Of a stretch of 64,000 nucleotides of DNA, positions 1 through 13,321 are shown one piece after another. Under the pieces are notes generated by a model that did not search any database, was not told where the DNA came from, and worked only from the letters and a program-made list of their open reading frames with translations. The stretch's first letter is position 1. Every line of letters starts with the position of its first letter. The position numbers and the translations under genes are program-made. The stretch is from Haliotis cracherodii (taxonomy: Eukaryota). The DNA is taken from contig NW_027266272.1 of assembly GCF_022045235.1 (NCBI RefSeq), forward strand, positions 7,750,001-7,814,000, read 5' to 3'.

Positions 1-1400
1 CTCAATCACTTACTCACTAACTTCACATTCACGATAAAAGGTACCAACAGCGTTCTCGTTTTAAGACTATCAATTTGTACTGTTTTGACAATATTTGCTT
101 ACAGAACGATTTAATATTGAATTCAGCGTTGATGACTTGGCGTTGATGAATTATGAAGTGTTTATTAAATATCATTAAATAAACTGTACCTACCACCAGG
201 TGGCGTCTGACAAGGTGTTCTCGTCATTACAGTTGAAGTTGACATAGTTCATTCCAAACCCTTTCTTCGGCGTCGAACAAGCTGTTCCTAACAGTAATAA
301 GAGCACGACACAACCCAACATCTTGCTCGGACCTGTTGAAACATGGCACATTAACTGTCTCTGTGATGACGGATTGTAACAATACGTGAAAAAAGGGGCT
401 TGTCAATGGATGACACAATTGAGGCAGAAGGAATATTAGCGGCAAAGTTCAAGGACCTATTCAGCACTGTTCAAGAAACAATCTAATAATTCAAATGCCT
501 ATTGTAAGAAAGAACAAATAGATATATTATCAGTGGTGGCTAACGTCCCTTAGAACAGCTCTACTGCAGTGACTGTCTTTCATTTCCCGATGAACGTCAG
601 TATGTCACATGGTGATGATTACATAATCAGTAACTACTTTATAAACGGAGGTGGAACATGCACGGGTCACGATCCCGAAATTCTTTAGATTGCACAAATT
701 CACCAAAAACGTATAATATATAAATGTTCAGGTAATATATGTAATGTCTGGTTCACGCAGGGAATATACATAATCCATACAATTTTCATGTATTATACGT
801 ATCCCCTGATTCAACAACACTTTTCTCGACATATTCCCCGAAACTATTTCATTCATGGTTGTCTGAAGAATTATTCTCTCAAGTATCAATATAACATCGT
901 TAATGGGTTTATCAAAAGAAAGGGTTTTTAAAAAAACATATGCACATGTTTGTAGCCTGGTTGATGGAACAATCTGTCAACACTCAGTCTGTAATCGAAA
1001 CAGCGTTAGTATATGCGTGACAGTGTCCCTAACACTGAATAAGAGAAGGTTGACACAATTTTATGGATGACAACTTCTGTAAAAATGTAAAAAGCGATGT
1101 TTCGGTATCGATCCTTATACCGCTGTCAAGAATGAAGGAATGAGGGACAAAGTATAGAACAGTATTAAAGAAGTTGTTATCCATAAAATTGTGTCTGCCT
1201 TGTCACCCTTCAGCTTCTGGGTAATGCCTGTCAAACAAGTTCATGAATACGAGGACACTAACTGATGTAACAACACATTGTCATAATTGTCAACACATTC
1301 ATAGTTGTTAGAAAGTACAAACAAATCATACCCGTTGTTGTGGCGATATTCAAGGTATAAAGTTGCTGACAGTATGTACTCCCTCACATTTCTAAAATGG

Positions 1401-1560
1401 AGGGGCGGTCGGGTAGCCTAGTGGTTAAAGCGTTCGCTCATCACGCCGAAGACCCGGTTCGATTCCCGACATTGGTACAATGTGTGAAGCCCATTTCTGG
1501 TATCCCCCGCCGTGATATTGCTGGAATATTGCTAAAAGCGGCGTAAAACCAAACTCACTC
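1401..1560 (+). mobile_element. tRNA-derived SINE, family A (other copies ~5797-5965 -, 7933-8088 -, 9170-9320, 13962-14128 -, 22234-22404, 28076-28243, 48604-48748, 49448-49610 -, 61131-61222)
   Basis: A box (GTAGCCTAGTGGTTAA), B box (GGTTCGATTCC), (ACTC)n tail; 12-bp TSDs on some copies (tgctagacctag 5785/5966; tgtttaacaata 22222/22405). Confidence 0.9.
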
Positions 1561-2225
1561 AATGGAATTTGAGGAGAATTTTCGAAAGAACCTGGACATG
1601 CACTATGATGACAGCAAAAGCGTCTTGATACCTAAAGATGTGCAGTTTGAATCCAACTGTGGTGGACAAGGTTTTACATGATGTAACTGTGTTGGTACAA
1701 TGAAATGACAGACCAACGGGTGTAGATGATTCAATGTAGTTCTCGTTGCCACTCAAGCCTGTGTCAATGTGTCAATAAAAACTAAATAACAGAGATATTA
1801 TTAGTCTAATTTTGATAACTTTTGATAACTTGCCTCTTCCTGCAAGGATGACATTATTACGTTTGAAATAGTTGGTACTGATGTATGCTAATTATATATG
1901 AAATCATTTGTCATTTCTTATTAATAAATTCATTAACATTATTTTATTGTTACTTGAGAGAATAATTCTTCTAACAAACAGGAATGAAGTAGTTTTAGGG
2001 AACATGTCTAAAAACATTGTTAAATCCCCTCAATATGTATACTACCTGAAATCTTTTAGGGATTATGTATATTCCCTGCGTGCATCAGACATTACATATA
2101 TTCCCTAACAATGTCAGGGATTATACATAGCTCCTGATTTGACAGATCCCCTGTAACATAGCGCACTGACTAAGAGTACCTCTGTTCAGGTAATGACTGA
2201 TCCAGATTCGAGCCGAGAAAGATAA

Positions 2226-2404
2226 TACAGTAAACTACGGTTATAACGAACAGGCTTAAAACGAACTTACGGATATAACGAACTTACTTTTTTGGTCCCA
2301 ACTATTTACTGTAGTTATGCTGTATATATGCTTATAACGAACTACGGTTATAGCGAACTAAAATTAGTAGTCCCTTTGAGTTCGTTATGACCGTACTTTA
2401 CTGT
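2226..2404. mobile_element. Tc1/mariner-type MITE (second copy ~30133-30311; related element ~58524-59098)
   Basis: TA-flanked inverted ends tacagtaaactacggttataacgaac ... gttcgttatgaccgtactttactgta with internal ataacgaac repeats. Confidence 0.8.
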
Positions 2405-2959
2405 ATTTATGTCAGGACACTGAAACGTCTATTTGTAGTTACAACAGGGATAACACGACATACCAAAAGACATGTCTCAGTTCTACACTATGCTCCATTG
2501 CCCCTGGGAATACCTCGACGTTGCCACAAGCGTTGATGAACGTTAGCAGCAGTACAGCGGCCATTTTGTTACTTGTCAGTCTAAGGGAGATCACTCACAA
2601 TCGAATGTTAGGGGCGTAGTCAACAACATTACAGTTCGCGTTATGTAACCATTTAATCTTCGAACAAGTATTATTAGAGGATTGTGTTTAAGTTATATAT
2701 TCTATGGCGTTATTTCAGCTACCACTTCGCTCGCTGATCGACTGTCTTCATCTGATCGTCAACAAAAGCCACTTAAGTCCTTAAATATACATTAAATTAT
2801 CATATTTAAAGAGGAACTTGGAATTGACGATTGTAGCAACAACCATTTAAAATGTAAAATATTCAAAATGATGGAGGTAGACAGTTTATACAATAGCGAT
2901 TGCTCGCCACTCGCACAATCGGCATACATATATGATACATGTAATACGTCTCAGGTGTA

Positions 2960-4985
2960 GCTTGTAGACCTACTCTAAGAATGGATCCACATCCTAGCCC
3001 CTGTACCTAGCTGCGTGTGGACCTACTCTAAGAATGGATCCACAGCCTAGCCCCTTCCTAGCTGCGTGTGGACCTACTCTAAGAAAGGATCCACAGCCTA
3101 ACCCCTTCCTAGCTGCGTGTGGACCTACTCTAATAATGGATCCACAGCCTAGCCTATTCCTAGCTGCGTGTGGACCTACTCTAAGAAAGGATCAGCAGCC
3201 TAGTCCCTTCCCTAGCTGCGTGTGGACCTACTCTAATAATGGATCCACAGCCTAGCCTATTCCTAGCTGCGTGTAGACCTACTCTAAGAAAGGATCAGCA
3301 GCCTAGTCCCTTCCCTAGCTGCGTGTGGACCTACTCTAATAATGGATCCACAGCCGAGTCCCTTCCTAGCTGCGTGTGGACCTACTCTAAGAATGGATCC
3401 ACAGCCTAGCCCCTTCCTAGCTGCGTGTGGACCTACTCTAAGAATGGATCCACAGCCTAGCCCCTTCCTAGCTGCGTGTGGACCTACTCTAAGAATGGAT
3501 CCACAGCCTAGTCCCTTCCTAGCTGCGTGTAAACCTACTCTAAGAATGGATCAGCAGCCTATCCCCTTCCTAGCCGCGTGTGGACCTACTCTAAGAAAGG
3601 ATCCACAGCCTAACCCCTTCCTAGCTGCGTGTGGACCTACTCTAAGAATGGATCCACAGCCTAGCCCCTTCCTAGATGTGTGTGGACCTACTCTAAGAAA
3701 AGATCAGCAGCATAGCCCCTTCCTAGCTGAGTGTGGACCTACTCTAAGAATGAATCCACAGCCTAGTCCCTTCCCTAGCTGCGTGTAGACCTTCTCTAAG
3801 AATAGATCCACAGTCTAGCCCCTTTCCTAGCTGTGTGTAGACTTACTCTAATAATAGATCCACAGTCTAGCCCTGTACCTAGCTGCGTGTAGACCTACTC
3901 TAAGAATGGATCCACAGCCTAGTCCCTTTCCTAGCTGCGTGTAGACCTATCTAAGAATGGATCCACAGCCTAGCCCCTGTACCAAGCTGCGTGTAGACCT
4001 TCTCTAAGAAAGGATCCACAGCCTAGCCCCTTTCCTAGCTGCATGTAGACCTACTCTAAGAATGGATCCACAGTCTAGCCCCTGTACCTAGCTGCGTGTA
4101 GACCTACTCTAAGAATAGATCCACAGCCTAGTCCCTTCCCTAACTGCGTGTAGACCTACTCTAAGAATGGATCCACAGCCTAGCCTCTTCCTGGCTGCGT
4201 GTAGACCTACTCTAAGAATGGATCCACAGCCTAGCCCCTTTCCTAGCTGCGTGTGGATCTTCTCTAAGAATGGGCCACAGCCTAGCTCCTTTCCTAGCTG
4301 CGTGTGGACCTACTCTAAGGAAGGATCCACAGCCTAGCCCCTTTCCTAGCTGCGTGTGGATCTTCTCTAAGAATGGATCCACAGCCTAGTCCCTTTCCTA
4401 GCTGCGTGTAGACCTATTTAAGAAAGGATCCACAGCCTAGCCCCTTTGCTCGCTGCGTGTGGACTTACTCTAAGAATGGATCCACATCCTAGCCCCTGTA
4501 CCTAGCTGCGTGTAGATCTACTCTTAGAATGGATCCACAGCCTAGCTCCTTTGCTCGCTGCGTGTAGACCTACTCTAAGAATGGATCCACCGTCTGGCCC
4601 CTGTACCTAGTTGCGTGTGGACCTTCTCTAAGAATGGATCCACTGTCTGGCCCCTGTACCTAGCTGCGTGTGGACCTTCTCTAAGAATGGATCCACCGTC
4701 TGGCCCCTGTACCTAGCTGCGTGTGGACCTACTCTAAGAATGGATCCACCGTCTGGTCCTTGTACCTAGCTGCGTGTGGACCTTCTCTAAAAACGGATCC
4801 ACTGTCTCGCCCCTGTACCTACACCTGTAGCTGCGTGTTGATCTACTCTTAGAATGGATCCACAGCCTAGCTCCTTTCTTAGCTGCTAGTAGACCTACTC
4901 TAAGAATGGATCCACAGCCTAGCTCCTTTGCTCGCTGCGTGTAGACCTACTCTAAGAATGGATCCACTGTCTCGCCCCTGTACTA
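2960..4985. repeat. ~45-bp minisatellite, roughly 45 copies
   Basis: Unit gacctactctaagaatggatccacagcctagccccttcctagctgcgtgtg in direct tandem, with no unique spacers. Confidence 0.97.
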
Positions 4986-5977
4986 GCCGGATTCCCACTC
5001 CTCGTGTGCCAGTACATACTGGCCAGGTAGGCAGTTCACATTCACGGTTACACCTACCTCACAGCTGTCGTGGTTTTGTCTGAGATAATGAGCAGGGAGC
5101 TGCTTATAACTATGAAAGATTAGTTTCCCAAGGACTTGGGCCTGTATCGTTAACTACCAGGATCCCCTGTCTGACCTTTGTCTCTCTTCACTATAACCAC
5201 GCCATTGGCTTTCATCAGAGAGGTACACCCCATTACTTTGGACTTTCCCCAAACACTAAACTAACACGCCCAGGTATAACTGGGCTATTATTAAAAGAGA
5301 GGTTCACAAAAGTGCCCTTCAAAATCCTTCATTAGGCCATTGGCGATATCTTGCTGTGTATTTGGCGATATCTGGTAGTTGGCATATAGTGTGGTCTTAA
5401 CTAATATATTATTGGTTTCGTACTCTTTTAATTAAAATATGTACTACATGGATTATTAACTTGACTTAGTGTAACAGCCATTTGTTTTACGGATATGACT
5501 CTGTTTGGAGATTGTGTTAAAAAATGACACAATGGTTGATGTCAAACACAAGGTTGAGTGATCTAGGTTTACATGTCAGTGTAATTTATTATTGAACAAT
5601 GTTGTAATTGTTTTACATAGTTTCTGTTGGCATTCAGTAGAAGTTCATAGAATAGAAAATATCATGAAAGAAATAACAATGAACCTACTCACTGTGTTGG
5701 CACTGTTTCTCTTGTAGATATTGTATCAGATTGTGAGGCTGATGAGAATTGTTATATTGTCAAGTTTGATGGCATTGCTGACTTTGCTAGACCTAGTGAG
5801 TGAGTGAGTGAGTATGGCTTTACGCAACTTTTAGCAGTATTCCAGCAATATCACGGCGGGGGACACCAGAAATGGGCTTCACACATTGTACCCATGTCGG
5901 GAATCGAACCCGGGTCTTCGGCGTGACGGGCGAACGCTTTAACCACTAGGCTACCCGACCGCCCCTGCTAGACCTAG

Positions 5978-7173
5978 GCTAAACAATTCTGAAGATTTAG
6001 CTGACTTAGATCTTATTTTAGGTCATTTGTCATCTGAGCAAAAGGTTCAGGTGTCAAAGTAAATTCAGGGGTTTGCCCTCTTGTTCACGGATGTATCCAG
6101 CCGTACAGATTTAGTCTGTCATGATGCAGATGTTGGTGGCGCTATCGGATGAAGCCAATCAAGCTTGAAGCCCTGAAGGAGGAAGTTCAATCAAATTAGT
6201 GAATCACGTCATTTTGACTGGAGTCCACCTTGCAGTCTTGTGCCGAAACCCCATGGTAGTTACCGATGCTGTACTGACATGAATCGGGTGAACGCTGTTT
6301 CTAAAACTGACTCTTACCCAATACCAAGAAAAGATGACTGCATCAGCAAGTTAAACCTATTGAAGGTGTATTGGCAGATTCCACTGACTGACTCCAGATG
6401 GACTTTGTCAATACAAAGAGATGCCATTTGAGCTAAAGAACGCCCCAGCCACCTTCCGGTGTCTCATCAATGAAATTACGGCCAATCGTGAAGGTGTCAG
6501 AGCCTACATTTATGATGTCATCATGGCGCGGGACGCAGACCTCAAGAGGATCAGCGCCTTCTTCGAGTCTCACAGAAGTTCCCAGACATAAAAAGGAAGT
6601 TGTGAGATTTCTCAGTATGGATGGGTTCTACCTAAAATTTTGTCAAACATTTCTCACATGTGGTCGCCGCTCTCACTAACTTGCAGGGCAAAAGGATAAG
6701 ATTTGTTTGGAACAGCAATTGTCAGGCTGCTTTTGAGGAAATTTAAGTTATTCTCATGAATTCTCGTGTTCTCCAATCACCAAATGTTGAAAAAACTCTC
6801 AGATTGGCAGTAGATGCTAGAATGACTTTGGTGCTGATGCTGGAGCTGTCATGTTGCAGAGAGATGCACCAGGCTTTGATCATCCTGTTTGTTATTATTT
6901 ACGAAAGTGTGACAGACATCAGATTATTCCACTATTGATAAAGAAACTCTTGCACTGTCGTTAGCATTGCAACAAAAGAAGTGTATTTGGATACTACTTT
7001 GTTTTTAATCAAGTGTACACTGATCACAGTCCACTGACCTTTCTTCGTAAAATGAAGAACAAAAATCAATGCCTAATTACCTGCGCTCCTCTTTGCAGGA
7101 ATTATATTCAGACATCAAGCATATTAAAGGCAAATACAACATTATTGCTAATGCATTATCACGAGTAGATTGA
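5978..7173 (+). mobile_element. Degenerate Ty3/Gypsy (Gmr1-like) pol fragment: RT + RNase H
   Basis: Frameshifted motifs VPKPHGSYRCCTDMNRVNAVSKTDSYPIPR.DDCI, YWQIPL, LKNAPATF, LAVDA, TDHSPLTFL, IKHIKGKYNIIANALSRVD*. Confidence 0.85.
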
Positions 7174-7290
7174 GGTTGATCAGTTTTGACTGCAGATATG
7201 GTTTGTATATTTGTGACAATTTTTCACGTGTATTGTTTACTATTATTTACCGTTCTTATCAGTTTTTGTACTTTCTGCGAATGGGGAAAG

Positions 7291-8121
7291 TGTCACATGG
7301 CAGTGTAATGTATTGTTGAACAATGTTGTACTTGTATTACATTGTTTATGCTGAGATTCCTTAGAAACTCATAGCATTGTGTTTTAATTGGTTAGTTGTC
7401 AGGAATGTAGTGCTATCTTATGTAAGCAGTGGTGTGGAATTTACTATATTTGGATGCTTTTTTTGTAGTAAGTGTATATTTTTCTGGAGTAGTTAGGCTA
7501 ATCCAGCACTGTTTGGAAGCTTCAAGTAGGTATTTAGACGATATAAGGGGGAAAGGGTGTGCCTCATCTCATCTTACATTTCCTCTCACATTACATCAAG
7601 ACTAGAGGATGTGTGAAGACCACTGAAGCTTGACCACTTTTGCTGCTAGGTGAATATTATTATCACTCATTGTTTGCTATCACCACTGTTATTATATTTT
7701 ACACTGCCATTGAATTTAGCATTGTCATTTTATTGTGTACTGCCATTGAAGTTGTTGTTGTTTTTTTACAATTGTTAATTGTATAACATTTGTTTGTTGT
7801 TTGATGGTTTCAGACCGAATTCTTGTAGGTAAAGATGTCTGGGTTTACTTATTGTTTCAATTAGGAATTCGACACATCACACCTAGATACGTATGTGTAC
7901 CCGTGGTTCCGTATAGCTAACTCTATAACCCATGAGTGAGTGAGTTTGGTTTTACGCCGCTTTTAGCAGTATTCCAGCAATATCACGGCGGGGGACACCA
8001 GAAATGGGCTTCACACATGTCGGGAATCGAACCCGGGTCTTCGGCGTGACGAGCGAACGCTTTAACCACTAGGCTACCCGACCTCCCCCTATATCCCATG
8101 ATTACCAGCTGGTTAGTGACA
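7291..8121 (+). mobile_element. Probable 3' LTR of the Gypsy relic (contains a family A SINE)
   Basis: Preceded by a polypurine tract ggggaaag; termini TGTCAC...GTGACA; a short related segment lies at ~5570-5650. Confidence 0.6.
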
Positions 8122-8402
8122 GAGAGTGGGAGTCAAACGGCGGTAAGCAGAAAAGCTGCATGTACTGTGTCACGTAATTAGCAACAGTTAGAATCGAGGG
8201 AGATCTCGCGGACCGAAATATGGACTATTTGGATAAGACTCATTGCTCGTCTTACCTACAGGGTAAGAAAATCTATTTCTACCTTATCTCGAAATAATTA
8301 AAAAGTATGCGCTCAGTTACAGCTGTCAGCGTCACAATTCCCACAATATTGCGTCCAAGCATTTCGACAATGCTGATCAGAACAACCCATATCCAAACCA
8401 CC

Positions 8403-9601
8403 ATGATCTACGTGCTGGCCCTTGTTGCCATACCAACGGTTGTCCTGGCAACAGATCACTGCATGTTTCTCGGGAAGCAGTATGCAAAAGACGAGCAATT
8501 CCATCCGTCCCCGTGCCAGGTGTGTCTGTGCGTGGCGCCGACTGTAGCCTGCACGACCTTTGATTGTCCACCCGTCATGTGTGTGGACAGTGTCCAGAAG
8601 AAGGGGGAATGTTGTCGCACGTGTCCCAATGGTGAGTAGCAGTGAGTTAGTGAGGGAGGGGACAGGTGTGTAGGTTTGTGTATAGCAAGCGTGATCATGA
8701 ACACAGCTTTCTTTCAGAAGGTTTGGGGGTGTAATTCAAATATAAAAATGCAATATGAATGCAAATACTTGAAACAACTTGTGCTTGAGTGCAAAAACAT
8801 TTGTCTAATAATTGTTATTTTTGTTGAAAATATGTCAGCCTATGATTCAGTTTAAACTTGAATGATAATATTATGTTTAAAACAAGTGCGCCCTGCACCC
8901 CTACTCCATCATATACTATGCATATATGGGTTGGCTGGTGGGTGAGTGAGTAAAAGATCTGCTTGAAGGGCGTGTTCTAACAATACAGGAGTGAGTTGTC
9001 CTAGTCAAAGATCACGAGTATAAGGTGAATGTTGTTTTGCGCCGCGCTTTTCAATATTCCATCTTTTTCTTGAGTATGGATGTGGCAATGAAACGCCAGT
9101 AGCCAATGGCAGTCAGAGCACCACAGTTAGGCAAGCCATGGCCAGAGCACCGCAGTTAGGCATGTCACAGCATGTCTGTGATAGCCTTGTGGTCAAAGTC
9201 TTCATTCGTCACGCCGAACACCCTGGTTCCATTATCCTCATATGTAGAATATGTGTAGCGTATTTGATATTGTTGGAAAATTGCTAAAATTGGCGTAAAA
9301 CCATACTTACTCACTTACTCAAAGCACATTAGCGCGCCTAAAGGGATGCAACTAAGGAAGTTGGGCAATCCATGACATCTGGTTAATTGTGTACCATCGT
9401 ACCCCGACTACCACCGCTCCAAACAATTGATCTGTTGACTGACCTTCTCCTCCAGGTCACAACTGCCAACTCGGCGGCCACGTCATCACGCACGGCGAGG
9501 TGTACAGGCTCGGTAACGGAACTCAGTGTCAGTGCATCATCAACCCGTACCAGTACAGCCCTAATGCCCAGGGCACCTTTACTGATGCTCTGTGCGATTA
9601 A
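8403..9601 (+). CDS. Secreted VWC-domain protein, VWC2/Brorin-like (cluster gene 1); exons 8403-8631, 9456-9601
   Basis: Signal peptide MIYVLALVAIPTVVLA, then a 10-Cys VWC ending CCRTCPNG; donor G|GTGAGT; acceptor ctcctccag|; phase-1 join gives GHNCQLGGHVITHGEVYRLGNGTQCQC...DALCD*. Confidence 0.9.
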
Positions 9602-9679
9602 CATTTAACGCTGATAATATGATGATGGTAATAATAACAAATAGCTGTCATTGGTCATTTGTTTTGTTGATCACCTGTA

Positions 9680-10850
9680 TGATGTATAGAACACCCCAAA
9701 TGTTGGTGCATAGAACACCCCGGATGTGGGTGCCGAGAACACACGGGATCTTGATACATAGAACACCCCGGATGTTGATGCACAGTACACCCCGGATGTT
9801 GATGCATAGAACACACCGTATGTAGACACATAAAACGACCCGGATGTTGATTTATAGAACACCCTGGATGTTGATACATAGAACACCCCGGATGTTGATG
9901 CATAGAACACACCGGATGTTGATGCATAGAACACCCCGGATGTTGATTTATAGAACACACCGGATGTTGATACATAGAACACACCGGATGTTGATGCATA
10001 GAATACACCGGATGTTGATGCATAGAACACCCCGTGTATTGATACATAGAGCACACTGGATGTTGATGTATAGAACACCCCGTGTATTGATACATAGAGC
10101 ACCCTGTATATTGATACACAGAGCACCCTGTATATTGATACATAGAACACCCTTTGTATTGATTCATAGAGCACCCTGTATAGTGATACACACAGCACCT
10201 TGTATATTGATACACAGAGCACCCTGGGTATTGATACATAGTACGCCCGGATGTTGATATACAGAGCACACTGGGTATTGATACATGGAACACCTCGGAT
10301 GTTTATGCATAGAACCCCCTGTGTATTGATACTTAGAGCACCCTGTATATTGATACATGAAGCACCCTATATATTGATAAATAGAACACCCTGTTTATTG
10401 ATACATAGAACATCTCGGATGTTGATACACAGAGCACCCTGTATATTGATACTTAGAGCACCCTGTATATTGATACACAGAGCACCCTGTATATTGATAC
10501 ACAGAGCACCCTTTATATTGATACATAGAGCACACTGTATATTGATACATAGAGCACCCTGTATATTGATACACAGAGCACACTGTATATTGATACATAG
10601 AGCACCCTGTATATTGATACACAGAGCACCCTGTATATTGATACACAGAGCACCCTGTATATTGATACACAGAGCACCCTGTATATTGATACACAGAGCA
10701 CCCTGTATATTGATACATAGAACTCCCTGTGTATTGATACATAGAACAACCCGTATATTGACACATAGAACACCCCGTATTATGATGCATAAAACTCCCT
10801 GTATATTGATACATGGAACACCCCGTATATTAATGCATAAAACTCCCCGT
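9680..10850. repeat. 24-bp minisatellite just 3' of gene 1
   Basis: Unit drifts from gatgttgatgcatagaacaccccg to tatattgatacacagagcaccctg along the array. Confidence 0.97.
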
Positions 10851-11308
10851 TAAGTTAACATTGGGGAATCAAAACTAAGTACACGTCGTGCGCCTACTAT
10901 TAAGCAGGGTAATCGTGAAAGGAGACTTGACTTTTGCTGGAATTGTTGTAATGTTAAGGGGCCTAGTTCTAGTATTTTAATTCTTATACGCTGGTATAGT
11001 TGGATATAATAACATCTGGAACCCTAATCTTCAGATGATATCACTCCGTTACTACTGAAAGACGTTAAGGACCACCCAATTCTACTATAGTAATATGAAA
11101 CAACCGGTCCTCCTTAACTTATTTTCAGTAGTATAACTAAGTGCCAGATCAGAACTGACACGCCTTAAATGTCACGTGGCCATCTAACATACGTTTCATA
11201 CCAACTCTCGCGACCTATATCTTGAAATCAAGATAAAGAATTTCACAGCGAAACCGTCATTCCTAAAGTTGGCCGTCCTTTCTGACCTGCTGCCCCAAGA
11301 CTGGACAG

Positions 11309-12385
11309 ATGATCGGTGTCCTCCTCCTCCTCGGTCTGGGGAGTTCGGGCCTGGCAGCCGTCATCAGCACCACCCCCCTCATCCTTACTACTATGCCAAA
11401 CACATGCGAGCACCGGGGCAAATACTACAAGATGGGACAGCATTTCAGTCCAACACCATGTGAGAGGTGTTTCTGTGGACCTTCCGGTCAAGCAGTCTGC
11501 GCATACATGGACTGCGCACTTGCCTTGTGTGTTGATGCTGTGAAACAACCAGATCAGTGCTGTTCAACCTGTCCAAATGGTTCGTTAACTTACTTATCAA
11601 TAACTTTCCCAAATAGAAATGTTTACCTGCATTCTGACCCTCCATCATGTCAATCTCTTTAAATCAGGTGAATCCTGCCCCTCCATCGGATGAATCCCAA
11701 GACCTATCCCAGACACATTTTAACCGGAAGCATATGAAGCACCATCTTTAACATAATGTACAGCTGCAGTTACAGCTTTCTATTCCGGCCTACCAAGGAA
11801 ACCCCATAGAGAGCAACCAAACTATGGAATATGTAACAGAAAATATCTACACCAATAATAAACAAGCCACAATCCCGATAAGTTTGCCTCGTTGTGATTA
11901 AAACCCGCCACATTTTCAATGGAGACGCATGCGCACTCGGTTTGTTGCGGTCTGCTTGATTTACTGTGTTTATGCCATTGAAAAAGTGGGGAGTTTTATT
12001 CATTACGAAGCAAAGTTAAAGGGAATTGTGTCCTGTTTGTTATTTGTAATTTGTGTGAAGTGTGTACATACACTGTACACCATAACTCGGTTGCTCTTCT
12101 GGTTTCATTGGAATGCCTGTTATGTATCTTCCGAAAAGGCTTCAACTGTTATTTTAGCAATTGTATATCATGTCGTGTTGCTGCCGTAATGTGCTAGTCA
12201 CTCATCTGCCTCGCATACTCTCCATGTTTTGTCTTCTAGGCTGGAACTGCAAGCACGGTGACGTCACCATCAAGATGGGCGATGTTTATCACCCTGACCC
12301 GGCGACCTCGTGTCGGTGCAACAATGGTCCATCCCACATGGGATTCGGGAACCTTGTCCTTAAGGCAGAATGCACCTCGGTGTGA
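11309..12385 (+). CDS. Secreted VWC-domain protein, VWC2/Brorin-like (gene 2); exons 11309-11579, 12240-12385
   Basis: Signal peptide MIGVLLLLGLGSSGLA, 10-Cys VWC ending CCSTCPNG; donor G|GTTCGT; acceptor gtcttctag|; exon 2 GWNCKHGDVTIKMGDVYHPDPATSCRC...AECTSV*; AATAAA at the stop. Confidence 0.92.
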
Positions 12386-13321
12386 ATAAAAATAAATTTG
12401 TATCACTTTTAACCGTTTTCTAGAAATGAAATGAGTTTAAATCACAGTTGTTCGTCTGTCAAAGTGTGTGAGAGAGTTTTATAGGCGTTAAGGGTCATCA
12501 TTCAGTCCAGCCCCATCATTGAGGTGAAAACAGAATGACGCTTGTACTATTGTCAACCCAATGGGCAAAGAACCCGGATGTTCTGCATGACGAGTCGTCA
12601 TTTTATCCATCTATACTCCACCACCTCACCTTCCTTCATCGATGTGTACCCATGTAAGGAATCAAATCTGGTTAATCAGCGAAACAGAACTATTAAACCA
12701 TATGGTTACCCCACCGTTCATCGTCTATCGAATTCATATAGTTTTTCCTGAATATGTCACTCCGGGGTTCGTCTGGACTGGTGTGATTCAGATACGAGAA
12801 TTTAGGATATTGTAGTGCTCGCGTTTTGGCCTTCTGACCTTCTGATCTTCTGGCCTTCTGGCCTTCTGGCAAATATATCTTTATGTTTTGTAGTTCTCCT
12901 GTTGGTGTGGCCATGTTGGCTCACTCGCGACATACAGCCGGCTAAAGGCAAAGTGCACGACAGACCTGAAGCCAATTGTCCGTGAAGAACGATGGAGTCT
13001 TCGACTTCAAACTTAATATTCAATCTAACAGCCATCTCGCGTTAAGAGAAACAAGTCAACGCCAGCATTATTCTCTTTCTTTATATACACCATAATCTTA
13101 TTTTTCTGGTCTCCCTGAAGATCCGGGTTAGAATTGGTCTTCAGCAACCTATGCTTGTAATAGAAGACTAAATGGGATCGGGAGGTCAGGCTCGCATATT
13201 TGGTTGATGCATGTTATTGTATCCCAATTGCGCAGATATAGACCTGTTAATATCCGGTGAAGAATAGGTCTTCAGCAACCCATGCTTGCCTTAAAAAACG
13301 ACTATCGTAAGAGGCGACTAA

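Noticed and set aside
1401-1480. tRNA genes suggested by A/B boxes
   Set aside because: These are SINE heads: they continue into a shared body and simple-repeat tail, have TSDs, and lack a complete cloverleaf.
2960-4985. CRISPR-like regular array and repetitive ORFs
   Set aside because: Head-to-tail units without unique spacers, no cas genes and a eukaryotic context. The same applies to 9680-10850, 18283-19170, 38745-40540 and 60044-60730.
8307-8402. Upstream in-frame ATGs extending gene 1
   Set aside because: The signal peptide starts at 8403, matching paralog length; the extension is not hydrophobic or conserved.
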